Assembly: GCA_963693055.1 (NCBI GenBank) | Contig: OY843751.1 | Location: forward strand, 5,376,001 to 5,440,000 | DNA: 64,000 nucleotides | From: a bacterium | GTDB lineage: Bacteria > Zhuqueibacterota > Zhuqueibacteria > Residuimicrobiales > Krinioviventaceae | Direction: 5' to 3' | Shown: one piece after another, positions 38,684 to 50,400 of the stretch | Layout of the letters: every line of letters starts with the position of its first letter | How positions within the stretch are numbered: the first letter of the stretch is position 1 | Notes under the pieces: model-generated | Told to the model about the DNA's origin: nothing | The model's database searches: none | What the model saw: only the letters and a program-made list of their open reading frames with translations | Program-made: the position numbers and the translations under genes

Positions 38684-40785
38684 ACAGTAAAGGTCTTTCG
38701 CATTTCAAATTCCTCCTGTTTTCCTTTATTCCATTGATTAACAGGACGCAAGTATCCAACTACACGTGAGTAAATTTCAGTCTTGTTAGAACACTTGGGA
38801 CAAAATTCTTTTTCACCTTCCAAATATCCACAAGTAGGACAAACACTGAATGTAGGTGTAATAGAAAAATACGGAAGTTTATAGGTATCGCAAACCCTGC
38901 GAATGAGGGTTTTCAGAGATTGCATATCTTTGATCCGCTCACCAAGGAACAAATGAATTACAGTTCCACCTGTGTACAGAGATTGCATATCATCCTGTAT
39001 GTCTAAAAGATCAAAAAGATCATCCGTATAATTCACAGGCAAGTGTGACGAATTGGTATAAAATGGTGCAGAGCACGCTCCATTTTCAAGATCAATCGCA
39101 CTCAAAATATTTGGATATTTTTCTTTATCTATGGTCGCCAGTCGGTATGTGGTACTTTCGGCAGGAGTTGCTTCGAGGTTATAGTTATTACCTGTTTCTT
39201 CCTGATATTCTACGAGTTTTTCACGCATGAAATTAAGTACTTTAACACCAAAATCCTGTCCCATAGAAGAACCAATATTTTCACCAAACAGGTTTATACA
39301 AGCTTCATTAAGGCCCAAAATACCTATAGTTGCAAAATGGTTTTTCCAAAACTGGTTAAAACGTTTTTTTACATTGCGCAGATAATATTTGGTATAGGGA
39401 TACAAATTATCATCGGTAAAACGTTCAAGAATTTTACGTTTGGTTTCAAGGCTGTCTCGAGCCATATCCATCAAATTGGTTAAACGATCAAAAAATTCTT
39501 CTTCTGAACTGGCAAGGTAACCGATTCTGGGAAGATTAATGGTAACAACACCTACAGAACCTGTTAATGGAGAAGACCCAAACAGACCACCACCGCGTTT
39601 GATCAGTTCACGATTATCAATTCTCAAACGACAGCACATACTGCGCGCATCTTCAGGGTGCATGTCAGAATTTACAAAATTTGCAAAATATGGAATACCA
39701 TACTTGCCTGTAATTTCCCACAACAATTCCAGATTAGGATTGTCCCAGTCAAAATCACTGGTAATATTATAGGTAGGAATGGGGAATGTAAACACACGGC
39801 CTTTGGCATCACCTTCCAGCATGACTTCAAGAAATGCTTTGTTAAACATATCCAGCTCGGTCTTGAATTCACTATAGGTTTTGTCTTGTACTTCACCACC
39901 AATCACAACACCCTGGTCAGCGTAATAAGAAGGGATTGTAAGGTCCAGAGTTACATTGGTAAAAGGAGTTTGAAAGCCAACCCGTGTAGGCACATTGACG
40001 TTAAACAGAAATTCCTGTAATGCCTGTTTAACTTCTCTGTAATTCAGGTTGTCATATTTAATAAAAGGGGCAAGCAGTGTATCAAAATTTGAAAAAGCTT
40101 GAGCACCTGCAGCTTCACCCTGCAAAGTATAGAAAAAGTTTACAATCTGTCCCAATGCGCTGCGGAAATGCCTGGCCGGTTTGGATTCTACCTTACCTGC
40201 CGCCCCTTTAAAGCCATTAATTAAAAGGTCATACAAATCCCAACCCACACAATAAACACTAATCACTCCCAAATCATGAATATGAAAATCACCATTCAGA
40301 TGTGCTTCTTTGATATAGTTGGGGAAAATATTATTTAACCAGTAAACCTTGCTGATTTCTGAAGAGATATAGTTATTGAGCCCTTGCAAAGAAAAACTCA
40401 TATTGCTGTTTTCGTTTACTTTCCAGTCGGCACGGGTTAAATACTGGTTTACCAAATCTACATTAAACTTGGAATTTATTTCACGAATTCTGGCATGTTG
40501 ATCACGATAAATAATATACGCCTTGGCGGATTTTTTATAAGGTGATGCTAATAATACCTCTTCAACAATATCCTGTATCTGCTCAACAGTTACAATAGTA
40601 TCGTCTAAAATTTGTTGGGCCAAAGACAGAACCTTAATCATTAAAAGTTTGGATGTTTCTTCACCAAATTCGCCCGTAGCCAATCCAGCTTTTGTAATAG
40701 CTCCGGTAATTTTCTGCGAGTCGAAATCGGTAACAACGCCGTTCCTTTTAACGACTTTGCGAAAAGTTTTAAACGCAACACTCAT
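38680..40785 (-). CDS. nrdD: Class III ribonucleoside-triphosphate reductase with ATP cone
   Basis: VVKRNG ATP cone, HIHDL, YCVGW, SMCCRL, LEATPAE, CPTC/CPKC, glycyl-radical YSRVVGYLRPV. Confidence 0.97.
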   Translation of the reverse strand: MSVAFKTFRKVVKRNGVVTDFDSQKITGAITKAGLATGEFGEETSKLLMIKVLSLAQQILDDTIVTVEQIQDIVEEVLLASPYKKSAKAYIIYRDQHARIREINSKFNVDLVNQYLTRADWKVNENSNMSFSLQGLNNYISSEISKVYWLNNIFPNYIKEAHLNGDFHIHDLGVISVYCVGWDLYDLLINGFKGAAGKVESKPARHFRSALGQIVNFFYTLQGEAAGAQAFSNFDTLLAPFIKYDNLNYREVKQALQEFLFNVNVPTRVGFQTPFTNVTLDLTIPSYYADQGVVIGGEVQDKTYSEFKTELDMFNKAFLEVMLEGDAKGRVFTFPIPTYNITSDFDWDNPNLELLWEITGKYGIPYFANFVNSDMHPEDARSMCCRLRIDNRELIKRGGGLFGSSPLTGSVGVVTINLPRIGYLASSEEEFFDRLTNLMDMARDSLETKRKILERFTDDNLYPYTKYYLRNVKKRFNQFWKNHFATIGILGLNEACINLFGENIGSSMGQDFGVKVLNFMREKLVEYQEETGNNYNLEATPAESTTYRLATIDKEKYPNILSAIDLENGACSAPFYTNSSHLPVNYTDDLFDLLDIQDDMQSLYTGGTVIHLFLGERIKDMQSLKTLIRRVCDTYKLPYFSITPTFSVCPTCGYLEGEKEFCPKCSNKTEIYSRVVGYLRPVNQWNKGKQEEFEMRKTFTV

Positions 40786-41021
40786 ATAATGTCCTCCTGA
40801 TATTTCCCTCTCCCAGATAAACGAGATTTCACGCTATCCAGATAATTCTCACATGTAATTAATTGAAATCCTCACCACCCACGGTATTTTTTTATCAGCA
40901 GTTAAATCACTTCCGCTCCCAACTAGCAGGGAATCTACCCAAGCTCTGGAATCAAAAATAGAAAAGATCGTTTTGATTATTCGGTTGCAGGGAAATTTGC
41001 TGACGGCCTATAGCCAATATA

Positions 41022-41069
41022 ACACAAAATGTAGTATGTGTTTCTCCTACACAATACAATATATATGAT
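41022..41069. promoter_or_regulatory. Tandem NrdR boxes upstream of nrdD
   Basis: ACACAAAATGTAGTAT (41022-41037) and ATACAATATATATGAT (41054-41069), 32 bp apart, similar to acaCwAtATaTwGtgt. Confidence 0.75.
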
Positions 41070-41314
41070 TTGTTTTTTTGAGTCAAGTTAATTATTTAAA
41101 AAGAGAAAAAAATTGTGCAAAACAAACACACCTGTCGTAATAACTTTTGAATTAAAAAATTATTCAACTATTAGAATCATAAAACTTGCATTTTTGCAAA
41201 TTATATAGTTTATTAAGTTTAACTATTAATTACATTTCTCAGCACCACAAAAAGGTTATCCTGTTTAAAATTAACCATAGCTACAAACATTTCAACTGCA
41301 ATCCGGGAGCATAA

Positions 41315-43540
41315 ATGCCAAATCCAAAAATAATGACGCGTGGCAATATTATCTTATCTTTATCGCTAATATTAACGCTTACATTTTTTTCACTTTCCTG
41401 CTCAACCTCCGACACAAGGCCATCCGGTCTCATGTGCGAGTTGCTCGAGAATCCGCAAACCACCGAAATATATGACACTACTCCGGAATTCAGTTGGATT
41501 TTTAACGCAAAAACTCCCGGCAGCCAGCAATCTGCGTATTGTATTCAGGTAGCAACGGATAACAAGTTCTCTAATGCCGCAGACATCTGGGATTCCGGCA
41601 AAACCGAATCAACCCAATCGTCAAATATTGAATATGCCGGTACTCTCCTCTCTCCGGGTAACACCTATTACTGGCGAGTAAAAGCCTGGGACGATCAGGA
41701 TAATGAATTGAAATATTCAAAAGCTCAAGCTTTTACACTGTCAGACCAGGCCGGAGACCAATATAAAACCACTCGCTATCCATTGCAAACAACGCCTGTT
41801 GCTATTGACAGAATTGTCTACCGTAACGATGGAACGATCTTTCTTGATTTTGGCCTTGATGCTTTCGGAACGCTACAACTCGCATTTAAAAAGGTCAACC
41901 AACCGCAAACACTTGTAATTGCGCTGGGTGAAAAGTTAAAAACTCCTGACAGAATTGATCAAAAACCCGATGGCAATATACGCTATCGTGAAATTCAAGT
42001 TGAAATCAATCCCAAAACATCAATCTATACCTTAACTATCCCCCCGGATAAACGCAACACACGCGAACACGCCATCCTCATGCCGGAATATACCGGTGAA
42101 GTTTTACCGTTTCGCTATGCTGAAATCCGTTCTGCCAAGTCAGAAATTGACACCTCTCAAACCCGAATGCTTACCGTACATTATCCCTTTAATGACAATG
42201 CATCTTTTTTCGAATCTGCCGATCCGGTAATAAATGCAGTTTGGGATTTGTGCAAATACAGTATCAAAGCGACCTCTTTTTGCGGTGTATATGTGGATGG
42301 AGATCGTGAACGCGTCCCTTACGAAGCAGATGCCTATATCAACCAGCTTGGTCATTACTGCGTGGACCGCGAGTACAGTATGGCACGCTACAGTCACGAA
42401 TATCTCATTGAAAATCCTACCTGGCCTACTGAATGGATTCTGCATTCGGTACTTATGGCCTGGGCGGATTACATGTACACCGGGAATACAGAATCAATAC
42501 AGCACTATTATAATGACCTAAAAGCCAAAAGCCTGATGGTACTGGCAAGAAAAGACGGATTGATTAGTACCACTACCGGGCTGGTAACAGATGATGTTTT
42601 AAAATCAATCCACTTTGACGGGAATATGCGAGATATTGTTGATTGGCCTCCCGGGTCCTTTACGGAAGGTGGAACAGGTGAACGTGACAACTTTGAAATG
42701 ACCGATTATAATACGGTTGTAAACGCCTTCCATTACCAAACCCTGGTTATTATGAGCAACATTGCAGCCGCATTGAACAAAACCGATGAAGCAAAACAAT
42801 TTGCAGATCAAGCTAAAAAAGTTAAAACTGCTTTCAATAAAATTTTTATCAACAAAAAACTGGGAATATACAAAGATGGAGAGTCTACCAATCACTCTGC
42901 TCTACATGCCAACATGGTGCCCCTGGCGTTCAATATGGTCCCTGAAGAATATCTACCCACAGTTGTCGAATTTATTAAATCACGAGGCATGGCTTGCAGT
43001 GTTTATGGCTCACAATATTTACTGGAAGCGCTTTATAATGCAGGAGAAGATGATTACGCTCTCTGGCTTATGACCAATGACAGTGACCGCAGTTGGCCTC
43101 ATATGATTAACAACGTAGGTACCACCATAACACTTGAAGCCTGGGACTGGAAATACAAAAACAATCTGGACTGGAACCACGCCTGGGGAGCAGCTCCGGC
43201 AAATATCATCCCCAGATATCTGGTAGGTGTTCAACCGCTTGAACCGGGATTCTCAAAAATCCTAATCAAACCACAGGTTGGTGACCTTGAATTCGGAATG
43301 GCTACGGTACCGACTATTAAAGGACCGGTAAAAATTAAATTTGAACAGATTGTTGATGAATCTTTAACATTAAATCTAGAAATCCCAAACAATACTACAG
43401 CGCAGGTTTGGCTGCCTTCATTTAACAATCAAACAGCCGAGTTTAAAGTGGACGGTAACATCACAACCGGTGAGCTGGCAGGAAAGTTTATCAAGACTGA
43501 AATCACCGGCAATAAAACGCTCAAAATCTCTAAAAAATAA
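41315..43540 (+). CDS. Alpha-L-rhamnosidase-like glycoside hydrolase family 78 (probable lipoprotein)
   Basis: PEFSW, WDSGK, YYWRVKAWD, DFG, FRYAEI, DGDRERVPYEAD, TITLEAW, WNHAWG. Confidence 0.88.
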   Translation: MPNPKIMTRGNIILSLSLILTLTFFSLSCSTSDTRPSGLMCELLENPQTTEIYDTTPEFSWIFNAKTPGSQQSAYCIQVATDNKFSNAADIWDSGKTESTQSSNIEYAGTLLSPGNTYYWRVKAWDDQDNELKYSKAQAFTLSDQAGDQYKTTRYPLQTTPVAIDRIVYRNDGTIFLDFGLDAFGTLQLAFKKVNQPQTLVIALGEKLKTPDRIDQKPDGNIRYREIQVEINPKTSIYTLTIPPDKRNTREHAILMPEYTGEVLPFRYAEIRSAKSEIDTSQTRMLTVHYPFNDNASFFESADPVINAVWDLCKYSIKATSFCGVYVDGDRERVPYEADAYINQLGHYCVDREYSMARYSHEYLIENPTWPTEWILHSVLMAWADYMYTGNTESIQHYYNDLKAKSLMVLARKDGLISTTTGLVTDDVLKSIHFDGNMRDIVDWPPGSFTEGGTGERDNFEMTDYNTVVNAFHYQTLVIMSNIAAALNKTDEAKQFADQAKKVKTAFNKIFINKKLGIYKDGESTNHSALHANMVPLAFNMVPEEYLPTVVEFIKSRGMACSVYGSQYLLEALYNAGEDDYALWLMTNDSDRSWPHMINNVGTTITLEAWDWKYKNNLDWNHAWGAAPANIIPRYLVGVQPLEPGFSKILIKPQVGDLEFGMATVPTIKGPVKIKFEQIVDESLTLNLEIPNNTTAQVWLPSFNNQTAEFKVDGNITTGELAGKFIKTEITGNKTLKISKK

Positions 43541-43671
43541 AATTCAAATTACATGGGGGAATTAATTGGGGCAGTAGATTCTGCAAAAATTTGAATTGGG
43601 GGTACTAATAAATGTTCTCTACTTGCTAGGAGAAATCAATCTATTCGCTATTGTACCAAAATGGGGCTTTA

Positions 43672-45468
43672 ATGAAAAAACTATTTTTCTTGACGATTGG
43701 TTTGTTTGTCTTAAATTGCAGTTCTGGAAAATTTCTGGACAATTCTCTTCTTGAACAGATTTCCAACCAGTCGTCCAACCAAAATGTTATCATCTATTAT
43801 CATCAACAATTTAGTGTTGATAAAAGCGTACATAAAAAAACCCATAGTATCTTTCAAATGGGCAGTAACAGAAATACCAGTCCTGATTTTTTTTACGTGT
43901 ATGACAGCTCGTTCGAAAAACTGACTTCATATAACGCCAGAATCATCCATAACAACAAAACAATCAAAAGCTGCAGTATCAAAGACCTTTCAAGAATGGG
44001 TCTAAGCAATACAAGCAGAATCTCTACAGCGAATGTATATATTGCACCCATAGACAAAGATATAAAACCGGGAGACCTTATTGAAGTCATTACCGAACAC
44101 GAGCTTGTGGCTCCTTTCCTGGGTTTATATTTTTCACTTGATCAAATCCCAATTCAAGCATCAAACATTTCCTGTTCATTTGAAATGCCTGCCAATCAGT
44201 CATTACACTGGCAAGTAGAGAATGATACAAAAACACCCAAAACTGATATTGTCGATGGAGTAAAGACATATTCTTTTCACTGGGATTCTTTTACTCCTCA
44301 AGATGCATATTATATTTTTGAACCACTCAATACCGAACCCACTATTCTTGCACAAATAGGTTCAAACGAATCCAAACTTTCCCCTTCCTGGAAGAATTTT
44401 GGTAATCAATACATTAAACTTGTTAAATCAAAACTTTTTTCTGAGCAATCAAAACCCCTGGCGCTTGAAATCACTAGAGAATGCAAAACAGATAAGGAAA
44501 AAATGGATGCTATTGTTTCGTGGTGCCGGGATAAAGTCAGATATGAACAGAATTATATAGAAAAAGGCGAGATCATTCCTCATGATATAGATACCATCCT
44601 CTACAACAAATACGGAGATTGTAAAGATTATGCATCTTTGATATACAGTCTGGCACAAAGCCTGAACCTGGATGCGAATTTAGCCCTGGTTTACAGAGGC
44701 CGTGAAAATCGTTTTTTCGATTTTCCGGTATCTCAGTTTAATCATATGCTGGTCCATTATAATCATAACGGACAGGATGTCTGGTATGATGGAACAAACA
44801 GGCGAGGTAGAGTTGATATTACCAACATTGATCTCATAAATAAACCGGCATTGATCATCCGGGAAAACAACTCGGAAATTAAAACTATCAATCAAGTTCA
44901 AACAAACCTGCTTGATATTTCCGGTAATGTCACAATCAAAGATAATGATCTAACAGGTCAATTTACTTTCACCCTTTCTGATCAATTTGCTATCCCTTTT
45001 CTATTTAGTGAAAAATACTATAAAACCAGTGACTATTATGAAAGAATCAATACCTGGCTGCACAAAAATATTACAGATAATTTTCGTCTTCACTCTTTGA
45101 ATCCGGTTTATAATGATACCACGATTCAATTCATCTGTGATTTGACAATACAGAATTGTTTTGTCAATATTAATGATTCCTATATCAGTAACCTGTCAAG
45201 AATATTCAATATGCTTTTCCCCGCAGATATTCAGGAAATCGATTCAGACGCGTTATACTATTATCCCTATTACAATCGCATTAATATTGATCTTGAATTT
45301 GAAGGATATCAAAGCAAAGACTCCAAACAAAACAAACTTTTATACGCATTAGATATTGATCCGGGACCGTTTACAGAATCATCAAAAGTTGTATTTATTA
45401 AAACCTTTCAATCCACACAAACCAATTTCACCAGAACAATTCAATTTATTAGAGGGAAAGTACGATGA
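43672..45468 (+). CDS. DUF3857 + transglutaminase-like domain lipoprotein
   Basis: Lipobox VLNC; PGDLIE, VRYEQ, YGDCKD, FNHML, YDGT (Cys-His-Asp triad). Confidence 0.8.
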   Translation: MKKLFFLTIGLFVLNCSSGKFLDNSLLEQISNQSSNQNVIIYYHQQFSVDKSVHKKTHSIFQMGSNRNTSPDFFYVYDSSFEKLTSYNARIIHNNKTIKSCSIKDLSRMGLSNTSRISTANVYIAPIDKDIKPGDLIEVITEHELVAPFLGLYFSLDQIPIQASNISCSFEMPANQSLHWQVENDTKTPKTDIVDGVKTYSFHWDSFTPQDAYYIFEPLNTEPTILAQIGSNESKLSPSWKNFGNQYIKLVKSKLFSEQSKPLALEITRECKTDKEKMDAIVSWCRDKVRYEQNYIEKGEIIPHDIDTILYNKYGDCKDYASLIYSLAQSLNLDANLALVYRGRENRFFDFPVSQFNHMLVHYNHNGQDVWYDGTNRRGRVDITNIDLINKPALIIRENNSEIKTINQVQTNLLDISGNVTIKDNDLTGQFTFTLSDQFAIPFLFSEKYYKTSDYYERINTWLHKNITDNFRLHSLNPVYNDTTIQFICDLTIQNCFVNINDSYISNLSRIFNMLFPADIQEIDSDALYYYPYYNRINIDLEFEGYQSKDSKQNKLLYALDIDPGPFTESSKVVFIKTFQSTQTNFTRTIQFIRGKVR

Positions 45469-47456
45469 AATTCAAAATCACATTCCTATCAATGCTTGTT
45501 TTAGCTACAATCACATTATCTGCAGAGTTTGCCAGAAATCTGCCGGAAGAAAAGCTGCAAAAAGTGCTCACACCCGAGAACTTTAAAAATATGGATGCAG
45601 TAATTATTCTGAAAGAACAGAGCTACACCGTACATGATGCAGAATACTATTACAGGGGCGTTGAACTCAAAGGAACCAGCACAACAAAAAATAATATAAT
45701 GCTGGTAAAACTGTTCAATGAAAAAGCAGTAGAACGCTATGGCACTTTTGAATTTAAATATCATGAATCTTTTGGTGATGAAATACCCAATTACTTTAAC
45801 ATAAATGTACGGGTATTAAAAGAAAATGGTGATGTCTGGACCATGCCTGACGATTATGTAAAACCCACAGTTTCCCGGGAAAACAGCATGGGCATTCCCC
45901 TTGCCAGAAAAGTACTGCTAAAGATCCCTGACCTGGGTGTGGGTGATATCCTGCAGCTTGAATACAGATTTCAAGACAGATTTTCAAAATATACCTCTGC
46001 TATCTTTACATATCAGGAGCGGGACTTTATACTCTATTCCAATCTCTATTTAACCTTGCCCTTTACATCTACAGCAAACTTTTATAGCTTTCCACAAGAT
46101 CAAATCGGCCAACCCGAGATTGTAGATCAAAAGCAGGCAGCCGGTGCCGGAAAAACCTACTTTTGGTCATTACAAAATTTACGGGGAATCAATGACGAAC
46201 CCCTCTCTCTCCCCTTTGAAAGTCAATCTTTGATCACCGCTTTTGTTATTGATAAATGGTCTCCTTCTGACTATCCATTTGCCAACTGGGAGAGACGTGG
46301 TGAAGAATTTTACAAAGACTATATTCAAAAAGATAATGTGAGTAACGGCAATTTGAAAAAGCTGGGTTTTGACAATTCAATTCAGGATTCTGACAAAACC
46401 TATGCATTAACAGACAGCTTGTATAAAGCACTGCGTCAAACTATTGTTCTGGAAGACTATAATTCTATTTATCCGCTGAGTGACGAGATCAATAGCATTT
46501 TCGACAAGGGTAAAGCAGACGCATCAGACATGGCTTATGCTATGTATAAAATTCTGGATAAATGGGACATCCCCTCCAGCATCGTCTGGCTGCGAGACAA
46601 ACGCGAAGGAAAGTTTGAAAAATCAGTACCCACAATACGATGGTTTGACAGATTGGCTGTATTGACAAACATTGGCGGTCAGGAAAAGTTGTATGATTTT
46701 GATTCCAGCATCCCCTTTGATTATACATTGCCCTGGTTTGACAAATCTGTTGAATTTGTTGTTATCGACAAACAAGGCGGCACTTTTCACCAACTCAAAG
46801 ATAACATTGTTTCCAGTAACAACATTACAAGCGAAACCCACAATATTAACTGGGATGAAAACATGAATTCCCAGGACCAAACCTCTTTGATCTTGAAAGG
46901 CTATGCCGCTGAGCAATTCAGAACGCGCTATTATGATATTGAGAGATCTGATATAGAATCCCGTTTAAACAACACTTTTCAAAAATATTGCTATTCAAAC
47001 ATTGAATCACTACACCTCGACAATTTTCTTGAAAACCAACGAATCAATATCGAGCTTTCAGGACAATCCAAATCCCTGGGACAAAAGATAGATTCTTTGC
47101 TTACAGTCAAATTACATAATCATTGCTTGAACAGCTATATTGAAAATTTTACAGCCCCTATTCGATTCAATCATATTGATTTCAAAACTCCCTTTCAATT
47201 CATGTTGAAATGGAATATAACAATCCCGGAAAATTATAAACTTGTTACTGCGCTTGAAAACAAACAGATACAGGGCCCCGGTAAAATGTATTCAAGCTTT
47301 AACTTTACCCAAAACGAAAACACCCTGGTTATTACAATGAATGTAAAGATTGAAGAAACACTGGTCCATAATAAATATTATGGAGAAATTCACAAATTCC
47401 TGCAGGAATCATTAAAGGCAGCTTCGATAGATTTGGTTGTTAAGCAAGCTAGCTAG
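45465..47456 (+). CDS. DUF3857 domain protein with degenerate transglutaminase domain
   Basis: DAVIIL, PDLGVGDILQLEY, EPLS.P, WLRDK; no Cys/His at the triad positions; ATGA overlap with the upstream gene. Confidence 0.7.
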   Translation: MKFKITFLSMLVLATITLSAEFARNLPEEKLQKVLTPENFKNMDAVIILKEQSYTVHDAEYYYRGVELKGTSTTKNNIMLVKLFNEKAVERYGTFEFKYHESFGDEIPNYFNINVRVLKENGDVWTMPDDYVKPTVSRENSMGIPLARKVLLKIPDLGVGDILQLEYRFQDRFSKYTSAIFTYQERDFILYSNLYLTLPFTSTANFYSFPQDQIGQPEIVDQKQAAGAGKTYFWSLQNLRGINDEPLSLPFESQSLITAFVIDKWSPSDYPFANWERRGEEFYKDYIQKDNVSNGNLKKLGFDNSIQDSDKTYALTDSLYKALRQTIVLEDYNSIYPLSDEINSIFDKGKADASDMAYAMYKILDKWDIPSSIVWLRDKREGKFEKSVPTIRWFDRLAVLTNIGGQEKLYDFDSSIPFDYTLPWFDKSVEFVVIDKQGGTFHQLKDNIVSSNNITSETHNINWDENMNSQDQTSLILKGYAAEQFRTRYYDIERSDIESRLNNTFQKYCYSNIESLHLDNFLENQRINIELSGQSKSLGQKIDSLLTVKLHNHCLNSYIENFTAPIRFNHIDFKTPFQFMLKWNITIPENYKLVTALENKQIQGPGKMYSSFNFTQNENTLVITMNVKIEETLVHNKYYGEIHKFLQESLKAASIDLVVKQAS

Positions 47457-47458
47457 CA

Positions 47459-50400
47459 TTACTCATCCATATTCACATACTCTATTTTATAAGCAGGCTC
47501 CAAATCCAATCTTGATTTCCGGGGTCTGCTTAATTTTCGCAGATCACTGATCACGTATAATGCAGATGGCAGCATAACCAGGGTAACAAAAGTCCCGAAC
47601 AGTAAGCCAAAAGCAACAGACACCGCCATAGGGACCAGAAACTGACCTTGCTCACTTTTTAAAAGGATCATAGGAGCCAGCCCTGCCGCAGTTGTTATGG
47701 TAGTTAATATTATTGGCCTGAACCGGGTATTCCCGGCTTCCAGCAAAGCTTTCTCAACATCTACTCCAGACTTTAACAATTTATTATACTTGTCCAACAG
47801 TACAACAGAATCATTGATGATAATTCCTGCAAGAGCAATAGCTCCTAAAAAAGAGACAATGGATAAGGGCAATCCCAAAATAAGGTGACCAATTGTAGCG
47901 CCTACCAAGCCCAGAGGTATCAAAGTCATGACCAATATTGTCTGCATATACGACTTTAATAAAAACATCAATATCGTAAACATAACAACAAAGGCTATGG
48001 CAAACGAGTACTTGACCGAGTTTACCATCTTGCCAACTTCTTCTGCCTGCCCGCCGTAACTTCGATTCACCCCCTCTACCTGTGTTAAAATATCCGGAAT
48101 GACCTTTGAGTTCAATTCCTGCAATACTACACCCAGATCATTTTTATCATAATCCAAATCAGCAAACACGGTTACAGAACGCTCTCCATTTTCATGTCGT
48201 ATTCGGTTTATTCCGCGTTCAATATGATAATCCGCTACTTTTTTAAAGGGAACAAATTCACCACCGGGTGTTCTGACTTTTAAATTTTCAATCTGACTAA
48301 TCGCCATTCGATGTGCTTTATCAAAACGGATCCAGATCTTTACCTCATCCCGGCCTCGCTGCAAACGCATCACTTCTTCGCCGTAAAATCCTTGTCTTAA
48401 TTGACGTGTTAAATCCAGCAACGTAAAACCCAGGGCCTTGCCTTCCGGTTTTAATTCAACCACAAACTCGTTGCTACCCAATGGTGTATCATCACGGATG
48501 TCCCGTACTCCATCAATATTTCGCAAAGCATCTTTTAACAGATCTTTAGCCTTGTGCAACTGGTCCATATGCGGACTGGTAAACCGAACATTCACAGGTG
48601 ATCCGCCAAAGCTGTACCCACCGGTTATTATATTTTCAGCCTCGGGCACATCTCCTATATATTCACTCAATGCGTCAGAAAACTCGCCAATTGTATAATC
48701 ACGCTCATCAGCACCCGGTAAAACAAAAAATAATGTTATCCCTTCTCTGCCCATCCACGAGTTGTAATTCCTGATTGGGTATATGTTGCTGTTTGTTTTT
48801 TTCTGCCATTCTTTAGCAAAGGTCTGAACTTTTTTTACCAGGTCATCACGTAGTCTGTCTGCTACCCGGGCAGAAGTTCCTGCGGGCAACACAACTTCCA
48901 AATTGGCATAGGGAGGCTCTAATTCCGGAAAAAATTGCGACCGTATATATCCGCCCTGGTATAAACCAATCATGATCAATATGGTTGTTACAACCAGCGC
49001 AGAGATTGCCCACCGATTTGTTAACGAAAGTTTTAATACTTTACTGTAAAAATTCTGCAAACTTTTTGAGGCACGGTCCAGGCTTTTTTGTACTGGCTTA
49101 AACGATGCAACAGAAGCATGATGATGTAATGCCCGTGAATGAGATAAATGAGCAGGCAAAATAATAACCGCTTCAATAATTGAAAACAGTAAAGATACAA
49201 TAACTACAGTTGCCATCTGCCATACATATTTCCCCATATATCCATAAAAAAAGTAATACGGAACAAAAGCAACAATGGTGGTAAGAATTGAAATCATAAC
49301 CGGTTTAATAACATCCAGAGTGCCGTCAATAGCGGCCTGTATCGGCCTTTTTCCCAGTACTTCCCATTGGGTATATATACTTTCTGAAATGACAATACCA
49401 TCATCAACCAGAATCCCCACCACCATAATCATTCCAAACAAACTGTATTGATTGATAGAAATACCCAAGACCCAAATCGTAAAAAACATACCTAGTAATG
49501 CAATAGGTATACCCAACGCCACCCAGAATGACATTCTCAAATTCATAAAGATTCCCAGCATTACCAGAACCAAAACAAGCCCCAACAGGCCGTTCTGCGT
49601 CATAAGATCAATGCGCTCTTCCAGCTGATCGGTTTCTCTTATAAACGTGTCAAAATACACCAATCCATCATACTTAATCTGATATTCCTTTGCCAACTGT
49701 TCAGCAGTCTCTACTATTTCTACAACATCCTGACTGTTGTTATACATTACATTAAATGCTACTGCCTTTTTACCATTGTTTTCCGAATAGAAGACATTTT
49801 CCGGCCATTGTTCAACAATTTGAGCAATATCTGAAAGCAGCACTTTTTGGCCATCAACCGTTGATACAATTTCAATATCCTCCAAACCTTCTACATAATA
49901 AGACTTGTTGTATGAACGGATTAAAATCTGCTCTCGCTCAGTCACTACCGAACCGGATGAAATATTGATATTTGCATTTTGTATTGCACCAGAGATGTCA
50001 TCTATGGTCAGTTTGTATCGTTCAAGATCAAAGGGTGATACATGTATAACAATTTCGCGTCCCGGCAGACCCCAAATCTGTACATTCGACACCTCATCAG
50101 TTCGCAGTAAATCATCCCTAAACTCGGTTACTATTTTTTTCAATGTGAACAAATCATCTGGACCGTAAATGCTGAACATGATCCCGCGTGTCCATTGCTC
50201 TGCCTGTGAAATCACTGGCTTTTCAGCACCGGTGGGATAAGAGTTGATTGAATTGACAGCATTCTTGACTTTTTGCAATGCTTTATTCATATCGTAATCA
50301 GGGGCCATTTCAATATTGATACTTGCCCCGCCATCTGTCGATGAAGAACGGATTTCAAGAATACCTTCCATACCCCGCAAGCGTTCTTCAATTTTTATAA

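Noticed and set aside
40860-41015. Cobalamin riboswitch upstream of nrdD
   Set aside because: Could not find the conserved B12-element core on the coding strand; kept only as an unclassified structure
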